A stretch of DNA of 63,998 bases, counting the filler, from Rhizaria sp. SCN 62-66 (Eukaryota), in assembly GCA_001724265.1 (NCBI GenBank). It is 4 parts of 4 records of this genome, joined end to end, with 100 filler letters (N's around TTAATTAATTAA, not from the genome) between each part and the next. Parts side by side here need not be neighbours in the genome. Positions count along the whole stretch, not along the records: positions 19,342 to 38,507 come from MEDY01000469.1; 3 more parts are not named here. One strand, given 5' to 3'. The translations under genes and the position numbers were made by a program. The number at the start of each line of letters is the position of its first letter. Positions within the stretch are counted from its first letter, which is position 1. Under the pieces are notes generated by a model. The model saw only the letters and a list, made by a program, of their open reading frames with translations, did no database searches and had not been told where the DNA came from. Shown here one piece after another: positions 23,243 through 35,142 of the stretch.

Positions 23243-24620
23243 TTACTCGGACGCCGTGGGGGCGGCGACGAGGTGCTCGGGACCCTTCGTGCACTGGCAC
23301 ACTGTCGCGCCGGACTCCTCCGAGCGGTTCGGCTTGACCACGCACGCGGCGCCCTGGCGCGCGCAGCGGCCGACAATGCCGCGGCAGCACGCGCACTTGG
23401 CCGAGGCGGGGAACCAGTCGTAGTCGGCGGCGTCGTCGCCGGCGGCCGCGCCCTCGACCTCGAGGCGCTTGCAGATGCAGATGCCCGCCGAGTCGCAGTC
23501 GAGGTTCGCGCACGCAAACGGGTTGCCGCCGCAGCACGGACACTCGCCCTCGTCCTCGTCCTCGTCGTCGGTGCTGTGCGAATGCTTGCGCTGGCTCTGC
23601 TTCTGCTGGTGCTGCTGCTGCTTCGTGATTTGCACGCGCGCAAAGTGCGCGTTCACGCGCGCCTCGTCCACCACGCTCAGCTCGTCGTACCCCTGACCGT
23701 GACCGGACCTGTGGCCGTGGCCGTGGCCGTGGCCGTGGCCGTGGCCGTGGCCGTGGCCGTGGCCGCCATGACGACCGCCCTTGGCGGGACCGGTGTTGTA
23801 GCCGTTGTTGTGGTTGTTGTTGTAGTCGAACGCCTGGTTGGGGTCGTAGCCGCCGTTGTTGGCCGGTCCGTAGCCGTGTCCGCCCATGTGGCCGCCGTGG
23901 CCGTAGCCCTGCTGCCCCTGCGCGTCGTCGTAGTACGGCTGGCCGTCCTCGTCGTAGTACTGCCCGTCGTCGCCCTCGTACGGGCCGTAGCCGTCGCCGT
24001 AGCCGTCGCCGTAGCCGTCGTCGCCGACGTAGCCGTCCTGGCCGCCGCCGAAGTACTCTGCGTACTCGTAGTTGTTCTCGGTCTGGCCCGTGCGCACGTT
24101 GTGGAACGCGTACGGCACAGTCTCGCCGATGTAGAAGAGCGCCTGCCAGCCCTCGTTGTCCACGTCGCCGCGCACCACCGCGGGCGCGCCGCCGCCGTGG
24201 CCACCGCGAGCGTGGCCGCCATGCTGGGGGCCGCTGTGCTGGGGGCCGCCGTGGGGCACACGAGAGCCGGAGCCCGAGGCGGAGACGGGGGCGGGCACAA
24301 AGGCGGGCGCACTCGCCGCGGGCCCGCCGGGCACGAAGGGCTTGGCGTGCGAAGCCGTTGAGGGCGTGAAACTCGCCGCGCCAGCGTTGGGGGCGCGGCC
24401 CTTGTTCTGGCTGTTGTTGTTATTGTTGGTATTGTTGTGGCTCTGGGAAACTTTGTTCTGGCCCTGACCGTGGCCCTGGCCCTGCTGGCTCTGGCCCTGT
24501 TGGCGCTGGCCCTGTTGGCTCTGGCCCTGCTGGTCCTGGCTCTTGTTCTGGCTCTGCTGGTGGGGCTTATTCTCGGCCTTGGGCGGCGCGGCGGCCTCCT
24601 GGGCGGAGAGATCAAAGTAC
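23243..24620 (-). CDS. Uncharacterised protein with PAM2-like motifs, Gly/Tyr/Asp and (GH)n tracts and two C-terminal Cys clusters; 5' end uncertain
   Basis: Long GC-rich ORF. Motifs NAGAASFTP, SHAKPFVP, ASAPAFVP; two CxCC..C..C..CxC clusters. Confidence 0.75.
23713..23765. repeat. (GGCCGT)n hexamer repeat encoding a Gly-His tract
   Basis: About 8-9 perfect tandem hexamers. Confidence 0.9.
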
Positions 24621-25313
24621 ATGTTAGATATCCAAGGGACTGCTTCGCTCGGTAAAAAGAAAGGACACCACTGCTCGTGTGCAACGACGATGAGAGGCAA
24701 CGTGGTGATGGGAGTCGGCAGAGAACGTGTGGGGCGACAAAGGCGGTGGGGCGTGAGGGAGGAGTGGGATGCAAATCGAATCCAAAGAAGTCAGAAAGAA
24801 GTGACATCCAGGACATAACAGTGAGAGAAACTGGAATAACTTGAGTTATCCATAAACACGAATGCAAACGACATCTCAAAATGATGCCACTTCGAACATC
24901 ACACGATGCAAAGGCGTTCGTCTGCTTCTTCAAATGGGCACACGTTGCATCACCACGAACGCCTTTCGTTTGATTCGGTACGGTTCTCAAAAACTTGCTG
25001 TGCTGGTGGTGGCTGCTGGCCTGGCTGGCAGTTGCTGACCACAAGCTGACTCGTGATTCGAACAGAGAATGTGGAGGTCAGAGACATCCGTGTATTGCGA
25101 ATGCTGATGCATTGATGAATATTTCCGCACGTGTTCTATCTTATCACTTTTTGGTGTCTCCTCATATGCCCTTCTTGATCTAGATCTCTCCTCTGATTCC
25201 TGCCTACTCAACTCTTTGCCTGGCTCTCAACTGTTGTCTGCTTTGTCTTTCCATCTCACTCTCTTGCCATATCGTTCGCTCAACGCCATCTCTGCCACAG
25301 ACTTTGCAGTAGC

Positions 25314-26947
25314 ATGTCTGTCTCGTGGGCCGAGGCGCAGGCCTCCTCGTACCCCAAGCAGAGTGACTTGTTCACTTCTCTTGCCAAGCTCTACTCCGAC
25401 AAGTACGTAGTTCTCGATTCTAAACGCACACTGACACCACTCTCCATGATATCGGCGTATTGCTGCATGTCCTCTTGCTCATACTGAGATCTCTTTATGG
25501 TTTAACGTATTGCTAACTTTTAATCTCGCAAAACACCCCATCTCACCTTAATCTGTTCCGCCCCAAATCGAACTCCCGTTCACATCCTCTTCTTCTCGAT
25601 GCCCCACTCAACCACGTCCCTTGCCATCACGCTCGCGTCACAGGCTGTGGCACCAGCTTGGCGAGCGCCTTGAGGCGGCCGTGCAGGAGCCCTTCCTGTC
25701 CTCCGAGCAGCCCGCGCTACTGGCTGAGCTGTACAACAAGCTCGTGCTGCCCGCCGTCCGCAACCTCAGCGCCACCGTCGTGGCCGCCGTCGCCAAGGCC
25801 GCCGCCTCCTCTGCCGCCGCTGCGGGTGACCGCGACGCCGCCATCGCGCTCCTCAAGGGCGCTTTTACCCAGGTTGAGAAGGACACCTCTGTACGTGACC
25901 ACTTTAACTCTCCACGCATGCAGTGCTGCGATTATCTATACCAGAGTGAACACGAGTGTTTGTTTATCCGCAATGGCTCTCTTTTGTCTTGAGAACAATA
26001 TCGTTATCAAAACCTCACCTCTAACCCCCCTTTTTCTTTTTAATTGCTGTTCTGCCGGACCCACCCAGGCCGCCGTGCTCGTGCTGGCGGAGCTCGCGCA
26101 GCACCAGACCGCAGCCGGCCGCCCCTTCGGCGCCGCGCACTCGCTGGACGCCGCGGCTGCGCTGCGCGCGGGCCACGTGGGCCCCGTCTCGGCAGCCGCC
26201 GCCGCCGCGCACCACGAGGCGGCCGCGTCGCTGGCACTCTCGCAGTCCCGCCTCGACGACTTCTGCCGCGAGGCGTTGCTCTTCCTGACCTTCCGTCCGC
26301 TGGCCTCGCTGCCCGCGCCAGCGCAGCGCGCGCTCGCGGCCGAGGTCGCCGCCGCCGCGGCCGCCGCGGACTCGGTGCTGGCGCTGGGCGAGCTCGCGCA
26401 GCACCCGCTGGTGGCCGTGCTCGACGCCGACGCCGCGCTGGCACCGCTCGCGGCCCTCGTGCGCGCGCTCGACGGCGGCGACCTGGCCGCGCTCGCCGCC
26501 GCCGAGCCCGCCGCCGCGCGCGCCGCTGCGGCCGCCGCTGAGGCGCCCCTGCGCGCGCGCACGGCCGCTCTGCTGACCGCCAGCGCGGCCCCCGGCGGCA
26601 GCGCGGCGCTGCTGGCCAAGGCGCGGCTGCTCGCGCTCGGCGTCCGCGTCTTCGAGGCCGGCGCCGAGGCGCGTGCGGTACCGTTGGCGACTGTGGCCGC
26701 GTGGTGCGGCGTCTCGGCCGAGGAGGCCGAGGAGGTGGTCGTGGCCGCCATCGCGCGCGGTGTCGTGCGCGGAGTCATCGACGGCGTCGAGGGCTCCGTG
26801 CGCTTCACCTGGACCGCGCCGCGGGTGCTGGCCCCGGCGCAGCTGGGCGCGCTGCGCGAGCGCGTCGGGCTCTGGCGCGACACCGCCGCCAAGGCCGTCG
26901 GCTTCGTTACTGAGCACTCCGTCGAGCTCATGGCCTCCACGCTATAA
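25314..26947 (+). CDS. PSMD13: 26S proteasome lid subunit Rpn9/PSMD13 (divergent), 3 exons
   Basis: Exons 25314-25402, 25644-25890, 26069-26947. LYSDK|LWHQL motif, 'LGELAQHP', and C-terminal PCI winged helix 'GVIDGVEGSVRFTWTAPRVL'. Confidence 0.88.
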
Positions 26948-27320
26948 GTGCCGTGCAGAAGCAAGCGTACACTAGTAAGATAGATGTGTAACACAAAGAC
27001 GATGGGACGGAAGTGAGGGTTCTTTTGTTGGAACGCGTACTTGCCCCAACGCATTGTTGTAGATTGAGAAGAGAAATAGCATATTACATATTAGCAATAA
27101 CCAAGAAAACAAGTAAACGCATACAAAGTACACAATTGAGAAACACTGCTTGGTCGGGCTGCTTGGAGTGCAGCGCCATTGTGGGGCGAGGCGGACACGG
27201 GACGTCGCTTAGAGTACCGGAACGCGGCGGATGGAGTGGGGGAGCGGCAAAAAAGTAAAACGAAGCCCGCGGATCGAACGCGCGAAAGGACAAGGAAACT
27301 TGCAGCAAAAGGATAGGTTT

Positions 27321-27393
27321 AGGCTCTAGCGAGGATCGAACTCGCAACTTCCGCCTTCAAAGGGCGACACACTAACCATTATGTCATAGAGCC
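27321..27393 (-). tRNA. tRNA-Gln(TTG)
   Basis: Cloverleaf: acceptor GGCTCTA/TAGAGCC, anticodon arm TCGCC-CTTTGAA-GGCGG, T arm GCGAG-TTCGATC-CTCGC. Confidence 0.92.
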
Positions 27394-28381
27394 TCATTTT
27401 CAAGAGTTGCTACATCGAGCAGCGACTTCTGATGATCAAAACAGACAGATTTCACATATTTAAGTCCTTGTAGCAGAAACTGTAGCCTCGAGTTTCGTGA
27501 ATAGATCTGCGTGAAGTTGATTTTTTAATATGGTGCACTTAATTTTAAATCTGATCTGTATCTATTATGCCACAAACTTATTTAGAAAGATGAGGTTCTT
27601 TAGGACAAATGTAGAGTACGATAACTGCTATCGGTGACTTGTGCTACCACTCGCACTGTCTTGGTTTGTGGGTATTTGCTGCATCATTTTGCAGAAAACT
27701 GCAGAAACTGCAGTAACATGTTATGACAACGAATATATTAAGCGCTATCAGTTGCAACTTGGAGTCTGCTTGCTTGATGTGTTGCAGTGTATCGCTGCTC
27801 AGTCGACAAAAGCTACTAGTACAGACGATAAAAACACGAAAGTAATGAAATTTAACGCATGGGTGAAATGTCAGATTTTGTTTGCATTTAACACTGCGGT
27901 ATTGACATGGTATTATCTTAGAGATACCAAACAGAATATGATTGTGAATGTCAAAGTCAGCAAAATCTTCAAGTTGTCATTACAAGAATCTAAAGTTTAG
28001 CATGGAGATCTTGAGCTTAAGAGATATCAAAGTGATAGTAGTTTAAACAATCAAAAATTACAATCATACTATACTTTTGACAACTTTCTTACAAAGACTG
28101 TAGATAGATGACGAAAGCATTATAGGGCAGTTCAGGGTCGATCAAATAAATTTGTGGCTGGCAGGGAGCTGCTCCCTGGCCTGGTGTGTGTGCGGAGCAC
28201 TGGTCTCTGCGCACTCTGCTTGGTCGATAATGGCATGAACATCCGTCAATACGAAATGCTGTCACATATCGCTTATATGTGGTCTTAATATTTTATATTT
28301 TCAAAACTGAATTGCTCTCAACGCTTATCTATCTTGCTATCTGCACTCCTTTTTTTATGCTGTCGCACCTGTCCTGACAGA

Positions 28382-30061
28382 ATGAGTCTCACACCGCCTC
28401 CGGCGCCGAGCGCTGATGCTGCGCTGAAGATGCTTTCAGGGGGCGCTGAGAAGAAGGCTGGCTTTTTGGGCTCGCTGTCAGACAACCCACTGTTTGGTGC
28501 AGGTGTGGGTGTGGCCGGTTTGGGCGTGGGCATGGCGCTGCTGCGGCGTGGTGGGCTTGCCGCGCTTATGATGGCGCAGCGGCAGATGACGACGTCACTC
28601 GAGATCGCAAGCAAGGACCGTTCGTACCAGTGGGTGCTGCAATGGATTAACACGCACTCGCGCGGCCGCACGCAGCACATTGGTGTGGACACGCGTGTGG
28701 TGCAGCACGACAACGGCTCTAACAGCACGCACTTTGACTTTGTGCCTTCGCCAGGCCGGCACTACATCTGGTTCAAGCGCCATCTGATCCAGATCGAGCG
28801 CGAGCGCGAGAAGACGATGGTGGACTTGACATCTGGCACGCCCTGGGAGACTGTGAAGCTGACGCTCTTCGGGCGCGACACGTCGGTGTTCGCGTCGCTG
28901 CTGGCCGAGGCCAAGCTCGCTGCCGCACGCAAAGAAGAGGGCAAGGTGATCGTGTACATGCCGCTCATGACCGAGTGGCGCCAGTTTGGCCGCCCGCGCC
29001 CGCGCCGCCCGCTGTCGTCGGTGATCCTGGAGGAAGGTCTGGCGGACGCGCTGGTAGCCGATGTTAAGGAGTTCCACCGCACCGCGCCCTGGTACGCGCG
29101 CCGCGGCATCCCGCACCGGCGCGGGTACCTGCTCTACGGCCCGCCCGGCTCAGGCAAGACGTCCTTCATCCAGGCGCTGGCGGGTGAGCTGGGCCACAAC
29201 ATTTGCGTGCTGAACCTCAACGACCGCGGGCTGAGCGACGACCGTCTGCTGCACCTCATGACCGAGGTGCCGCCGCAGTCCTTCATTCTGCTTGAGGACG
29301 TCGACGCCGTCTTTAACAAGCGCGAGTCAACCTACACCGTCACCTTCTCCGGGCTGCTTAACGCGCTGGATGGCGTTACGTCGTCCGAGGAGCGCATCGT
29401 GTTCATGACTACGAACCACATCGAGCGCCTCGACCCTGCTCTGATCCGCCCCGGCCGTGTCGACGTCCAGGTCCTCGTCGGTGACTCGACGCCGCACCAG
29501 CAGCGCCGCATGTTCAAGCAGTTCTACCCCGAGTTCCGCCGCCCGCAGGACGGCTTTGATGACGATGACGATGTCATCACTGCCACGGCCAAGTTAGCCG
29601 CCGCCGGCAGCGGCGCCACTGCGCAGCAGGCCGATGAGCTTGGCAGCGTTGAGAGTCTTGCCACTGCTGTGCCCAAGGTTGGCGCCGTTGGCGCTGATGG
29701 CTCTAGCGATGATGACGACGTGCCTGAGGCATTTGTGCGTGCGCTCGAGGGCGCGACAGTGAGCATGGCCGAGCTGCAGGGGTTGCTCATGGTACACAAG
29801 GACAAGCCGCGCACCGCTGTTGAGGCCGCTGCTGTGCTTGCTGAAGCCAAGAAGGAGGCCGCGCGGACCTGGGCGCTGCAGCAGCAGCTTATGGCGCAGC
29901 AGCAGCTTCAGCTTGAGGAAGTCGTGACAACTGACCCGTCTGAGGAGCCGCCGTTGGACAAGCGTCAGGCAGAGGTTGTGCACAAGAACGACGCTGCAGG
30001 CAATAGGCTGTTGCAGATGCAACTCAAGAAGCGCGCTGTTGGCGCTGACGGACAAAAGTGA
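28382..30061 (+). CDS. BCS1: Mitochondrial AAA chaperone BCS1, coding region intronless, with C-terminal extension
   Basis: NPLFGAGVG TM start, SLEIASKDRSYQW, PSPGRHY, RGIPHRRGYLLYGPPGSGKTS, LLEDVD, FMTTNH, DPALIRPGRVD. Confidence 0.96.
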   Translation: MSLTPPPAPSADAALKMLSGGAEKKAGFLGSLSDNPLFGAGVGVAGLGVGMALLRRGGLAALMMAQRQMTTSLEIASKDRSYQWVLQWINTHSRGRTQHIGVDTRVVQHDNGSNSTHFDFVPSPGRHYIWFKRHLIQIEREREKTMVDLTSGTPWETVKLTLFGRDTSVFASLLAEAKLAAARKEEGKVIVYMPLMTEWRQFGRPRPRRPLSSVILEEGLADALVADVKEFHRTAPWYARRGIPHRRGYLLYGPPGSGKTSFIQALAGELGHNICVLNLNDRGLSDDRLLHLMTEVPPQSFILLEDVDAVFNKRESTYTVTFSGLLNALDGVTSSEERIVFMTTNHIERLDPALIRPGRVDVQVLVGDSTPHQQRRMFKQFYPEFRRPQDGFDDDDDVITATAKLAAAGSGATAQQADELGSVESLATAVPKVGAVGADGSSDDDDVPEAFVRALEGATVSMAELQGLLMVHKDKPRTAVEAAAVLAEAKKEAARTWALQQQLMAQQQLQLEEVVTTDPSEEPPLDKRQAEVVHKNDAAGNRLLQMQLKKRAVGADGQK

Positions 30062-30993
30062 GCACTTCGAAACGGCTTTTGTGCGTACTTTGTTGGTTTA
30101 TGGATGGCGATAATTTTGGTGGCGATAATTTATGAGTACACACGTACAGCAGTCTGGCCCCTTGGGCAAGGCAGGAACAACTTAGTTTCGTTTGAATACA
30201 CTTCATTTTCAACTCATACGCGCGTTAATAACGAACATATTCCCTATTTGTTTATACAAGTTGTTTATATACATTTTGCAGCAACATGAGACGCCGCCCA
30301 CAGTGTGTGCCTACTTGACACCTAAAACGTTTTAACTATTCACTAGATTGCGCTTGAATGTTATGAAATTAAATAAAATAAAATAAATACATATAGCAAT
30401 ATTAATTACAAAAGAATATTGCTTTTTACTTTTATTATAGATAAAATTACTAATATGTTTGTTTATTAAATATATATTTTCATAATAAACGTTTTTTGAT
30501 TATTTAATTCCTATATTGCCGTCAGTAAAATTGTATTGCTGTTAATAACAAACCAAAGAGCATCCCCAAAGTTACCTAGAAGGTTCGTAGTACTTCGTGC
30601 AAACAAAAGAAGATTGTATTTTTATAAATATTATATTATCTAACACCGAAATAAATAATTTAAGTAATGTTTATTTTCATTATTACAGTAATCTATCTGA
30701 AATTGTTGTTAAATCAATAAAAAATAAAAAATACACGTATTAAAAGTTTTTATTATTTTTGAATACTATTTCTAAGGAAATCTCGCGTTTTGAAGTGTCA
30801 GAAGACATCTTGGTGGTGGGTAAGTGACTGTTGGCCATTGACAGTCTCTTATATTTGAACGAAGACCACGTGTGTATACTTCCGTCAATAGATATATCTG
30901 TTATGGTACAGCCAATTGCTTGCAAATATTTGTCGTTTAGTTTATCTCGACGCAACTCTTTTGCTATGTGTCTCTTGTTTGTCTTAATTCAGG

Positions 30994-31581
30994 ATGAGTT
31001 TGCCAACTGCATTCGGCGTCATGGTACTTTGCGTCGCGGGCGGTGTGATGGCTGAGATCGTGGGTTATCGCATGCTCTTTAGCACTGACAAGTACGTTGC
31101 GGCACGCGCGAGCTATGCGCGTTTGCAGAGTGCCGTTGAGCGGACTGAAGCGAAGCCTGATACGGGCAAGGAACGCGGGTTGGCCGTCCTGAAGCAGTCG
31201 TTGAAGGATGCCGGTCGCAACCTTGCTATTATGAAGCTCTACGTGACTGCAGCGACTGGCGTGTTGATGTTTGCGCTTTTTTGGCTTGTCAACAACGTGC
31301 TTGGCGGCGCCACCGTGGTGCTGCGGTTGCCCTTCTCTCCGCCGCCGCTTGTGCAGTCGCTGTCCCATATGGGCCTCGATGGCGACGACTATCGTGAGTG
31401 CTCTGCTGCATTCGTGTACGCGCTTGCATCGATGTCTCTGCGCGCGTACGCGGTGCGCCTCATTGCGCTGACGCCCGCCGACGATGCCGACACTCCTTCG
31501 CTCTTTCAAATGCCTGAGGGCCTTGACGACGATGATAACAAAAGCGTCACAACCACAGAGAAGTTAAGGAAGGCCAAGTAA
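30994..31581 (+). CDS. TMCO1: TMCO1-like (Oxa1/EMC3 superfamily) ER membrane protein
   Basis: TM, coiled coil, TM layout; 'LRLPFSPPPLVQSLSHMGLDGDDYRECSAAFVYALASM' matches the TMCO1 LPFxP..HRxLxGDDxTDCS..FLY pattern. Confidence 0.82.
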   Translation: MSLPTAFGVMVLCVAGGVMAEIVGYRMLFSTDKYVAARASYARLQSAVERTEAKPDTGKERGLAVLKQSLKDAGRNLAIMKLYVTAATGVLMFALFWLVNNVLGGATVVLRLPFSPPPLVQSLSHMGLDGDDYRECSAAFVYALASMSLRAYAVRLIALTPADDADTPSLFQMPEGLDDDDNKSVTTTEKLRKAK

Positions 31582-31740
31582 AGTCGCCCAATTCAAGCCT
31601 TAAACATATTTAGTGAGTGAGATATTTAGTGATTGCATAAATTCCGTTTTATTTCTTTTAACGGACTACATAAATAATGAATTCAATATCCAGAATGATG
31701 CCGTAAAACTTGACGCGTTGTCTCTCGTCAACACAGAGAC

Positions 31741-34081
31741 TTACAGCGCGATGTTGAGGAGCGCGGTCTCGCCGGGGCGCGTGATCTTGGCAATAACACG
31801 TTTGGTCCGCAGCCCCAGCTGGTCCCACGACTCGACGGCGGCGCCCGCGGCGGGGAGCGCGCCGCCGGCCTTGGCCACGGCCGCGGCGACGGCCTTGTTG
31901 CCGCGCATCGCGTCCGCCAGCGCCGTCAGGAACTCTCCGTCGCGACGGATCCTGCTCTCGAAGCTCTCCACGGACTCCGCCGCGTCGGCGGGCGCGGCGG
32001 CAAGCAGGTCTGCGGGCACAGGGACAGAGACGAGCTTCTTGCCGTTGACCTGGACCACGCACTGCGCGTCGTGGCGCACCCACGACGCCAGCGTGGCCTC
32101 GGCCGCCGCGGGCGCGAGCCCCGGCCAGCGCAGCACCGTGACGCCGCCCACCGTGGCCGTGGTCGCGCCGGCCAGCTGCACGCCCGCGGACGCGGCGGCC
32201 GACACGGACAGCGCCACGGGCCACGGCTGCGCGTGCACGTCAAAGTACGCGTCAGGCCCGCTGCTCTGCGCTGACTCGGCCTCCGCTTCCGCCTCAAGCT
32301 CGGGCTCGGGCAGCGGGGGCAGTCCATGCACGGCGCGGCGGACGCGGAGAAAGCCCTCTGCGGCGAGGTGCGGCGCGAGCGGCGCGAGCAGCTGGAAGAG
32401 CAGCGCGACGGCCTCGGCCACGGCGGGCGAGCGCACGCGCGCGGCCGAGAAGACCGACACGGACGCGGCGCCGGCGCCGGCGCCGGCCGCGAGCGCGGGC
32501 GCCAGGAAGGCCGCGATCGTGTTGCTCAGGGTCATGAGCAGCGAGATAGCCACGTTGAACTGGCGCCCGTCAAGCGCCGCCGTGACGCCGCGCGCCGCCG
32601 CGGCCGCCGCATGCAGCACGCCCACCTCCTCCTCGCTCATCACGTACGCCGGCGCGCCACCGCTGTTGCCACCGGGCGCAGAGCCGGCGTCGCCGGCGGT
32701 CTCCTCCGCAGGCAGCAGCGCGGCGCGCGCGGGGGCGCAGGGCAGCGTGAGCAGTCCGGGCGCGGCGTCGGCGGGCGCGCCGCGGCATTCGGGGCGCGCG
32801 CGCCACTGAGCCGCGTCGGGGGCCAGCCCAGCGGCGGCACCGACGCGCGCGACGAGGGCGCCCGCTGAGGCGGCCAGCGTGGGGCCGCCGCTGCCGGCGC
32901 TGCTGGCCGCGGCCTGCTCGAGCGCGGACACTAGCACCCAGAGGCGGTTGACCCAGCGCTGTGTGCCCTGGAGCGTGCGCTCGTCCCAGTCGAGGACCTT
33001 CTCGGGGGGCGCCTTGAAGAGCATGAAGAGGCGCGCGGCGTCGGCGCCCACGCGCGCGACGATGGCCTCGGGGTCCACACCGTTGTACTTGCTCTTGCTC
33101 ATCTTCTCCCACACGATGCCCAGCTTCTTGCCCCCCGGCGGCGGGAACGCGGCATCGACCCCCGTGAGCGCAGCCGCGGCCTCGCCGCTGCTGGCGGCGC
33201 TGGAGCTGTAGTCAGCGGCCAGCGCGGTCGAGGCCGGCGCCGCTGCGAGCGCGGGGTGCGCGTAGGCGACGCGCTCGCCCGTGGCAGCGTTCTTGCCCGC
33301 GACGACGCGCGAGCGCGGCACGAAGGCACCCGAGTCGGGGTCGCGGAAGCTCTCGCCGTGCACCATGCCCTGCGTGAGCAGCGCGCGGAAGGGCTCCGCG
33401 GCGGGCCCCGCGTCGGCGAGGCCCAGTCCGTGGAGCGCCTTGGCGACAAAGCGCGAGTAGAGCAGGTGCAGGATGGCGTGCTCGACGCCGCCCACGTACT
33501 GCGCGACGGGGAAGAGCGCGCGCGCCTCGGCCGGGGCCCAGGGCAGCGCGCCCGCGGCGCCCGGCGCGTCGAGCCCCGCGGCGCGGTGCGCGGGCGAGGC
33601 AAGGTAGCGCAGGAAGTACCACGACGAGTCGATGAAGGTGTCGAGCGTGTCGGTCTCGCGCTGCGCGGGCGCGCCGCAGCAGGGGCACGCGACGCTGCGC
33701 CAGGCCACCGCGACGGGGTCGGGCGAGGCCAGCGGTGAGGGCCCGCGGCCTGTGAGCGCGAGCCCGCGCGGGAGCGCCACTGGGAGGTCGCGCTCGGGCA
33801 CCGGCACGGGTCCGCAGGCGCCGCAGTGGATGACCGGGATCGGCGTGCCCCAAAAGCGCTGCCGCGAGACGAGCCAATCGCGCACGGCAAAGGTCGGCGC
33901 GCGGCGGCCCAGCGGGCGCGGCTGCGCGCCGGCCAGCGCGTCGGCCACGGCCAGCGCCGCCTGCTCCGTGCTCAGTCCGTCGAAGAGCGGGCCGGAGTTG
34001 CAGACCGTGCCGGCGCGACCCGTGTACACAGCGGCGCTCGCGCTCGACTCCGCGCTAGCGCTCGGGCCAGCACTCGCGCCG

Positions 34082-34114
<33 letters not shown>

Positions 34115-35111
34115 GTGGCGGGGGGCAGGATGACCGTGGGCGCGGGCAGCGCGTGCGCGGCGGCGAAGGCGGCGTCGTTGCTGTCGTGCGCAGGCACGCC
34201 CATGACCACGCCGGTGCCCTTGCCGGGCGCCGCGTAGGCCGCGGCGTACACCGGCAGCGCTGCGCCCGTGAGCGGGTGCGTCACCGACAGCCACGGCAGC
34301 AGCAGCCCCGCGGTGCTGACGGCCGCGACCCCGGCGCCCTCGTCGGTGCTCTCGCCGTCGACCGGCTTGCCCGCCGCAGCAACCTTGCCCCCGGCTTCGG
34401 CCTCTGCCTGGGCTTCGGCCGCGGCGCGGAGCGCGGGCGCGGCGGCGGCGAACGCGGCGAGCGCGTCGGCGTCAGCAGCGCGGCCGGCCGCGCGGAGCTT
34501 GGCAGCGAGCGCGGCGGCGATGGGCCCGTCGGGACACAGCGCGACGTAGGTCACGCCCATCAGCGTCTCGGGCCGCGTCGTGTAGGCCTCCAGCCCCAGC
34601 ACGAGGTCCAGCCGCTCCGCGCGGGCCGCGGCCTCGGCGGCGGCGGCCGCGACGGCGGCGGCCTCGGCGTCGTTGGCGGTCGCCGCAGTGGCCTCGGCGG
34701 GCGGCGCGGTGACGACGGTGATGACCATGTCGGCGTCGACGCCGCCCGTGGCCGCAGCCTCGACCTCGGCCGCCTCAGCCTCGGTCGGCACCGTCGGCGC
34801 CAGCTGCCCCGCGGTGGCGTCCCGCGCGGCGCGCGCCTGCGCGGCGGCCCCGTAACGCGCGGCCGAGGCCTCGGCGTCGCGCGTGAGCCCCAGCGCGGCG
34901 CGCGTGGCGTCGGCGAGCGGAAAGAGCACGCGCGCGTGGTTGCGGCGGCCGATCCACTGCGTCTGCAGCGTGCGCACGAGCGCGGGCCACTCGCCCAGCG
35001 CGGCCACGCCCTCGTGCAGCGCGTCCGCCAGCGCCGTCAGGCGGAAGAACCACTGCTTGAGCGGGCGCTGCTCGACGACCGCGCCCGAGCGCCAGGAGCG
35101 GCCCGCGCTGT

Positions 35112-35142
<31 letters not shown>

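Noticed and set aside
27321..27393. Possible suppressor tRNA explaining the in-frame TAG
   Set aside because: The anticodon is TTG (Gln), not CTA or TTA.
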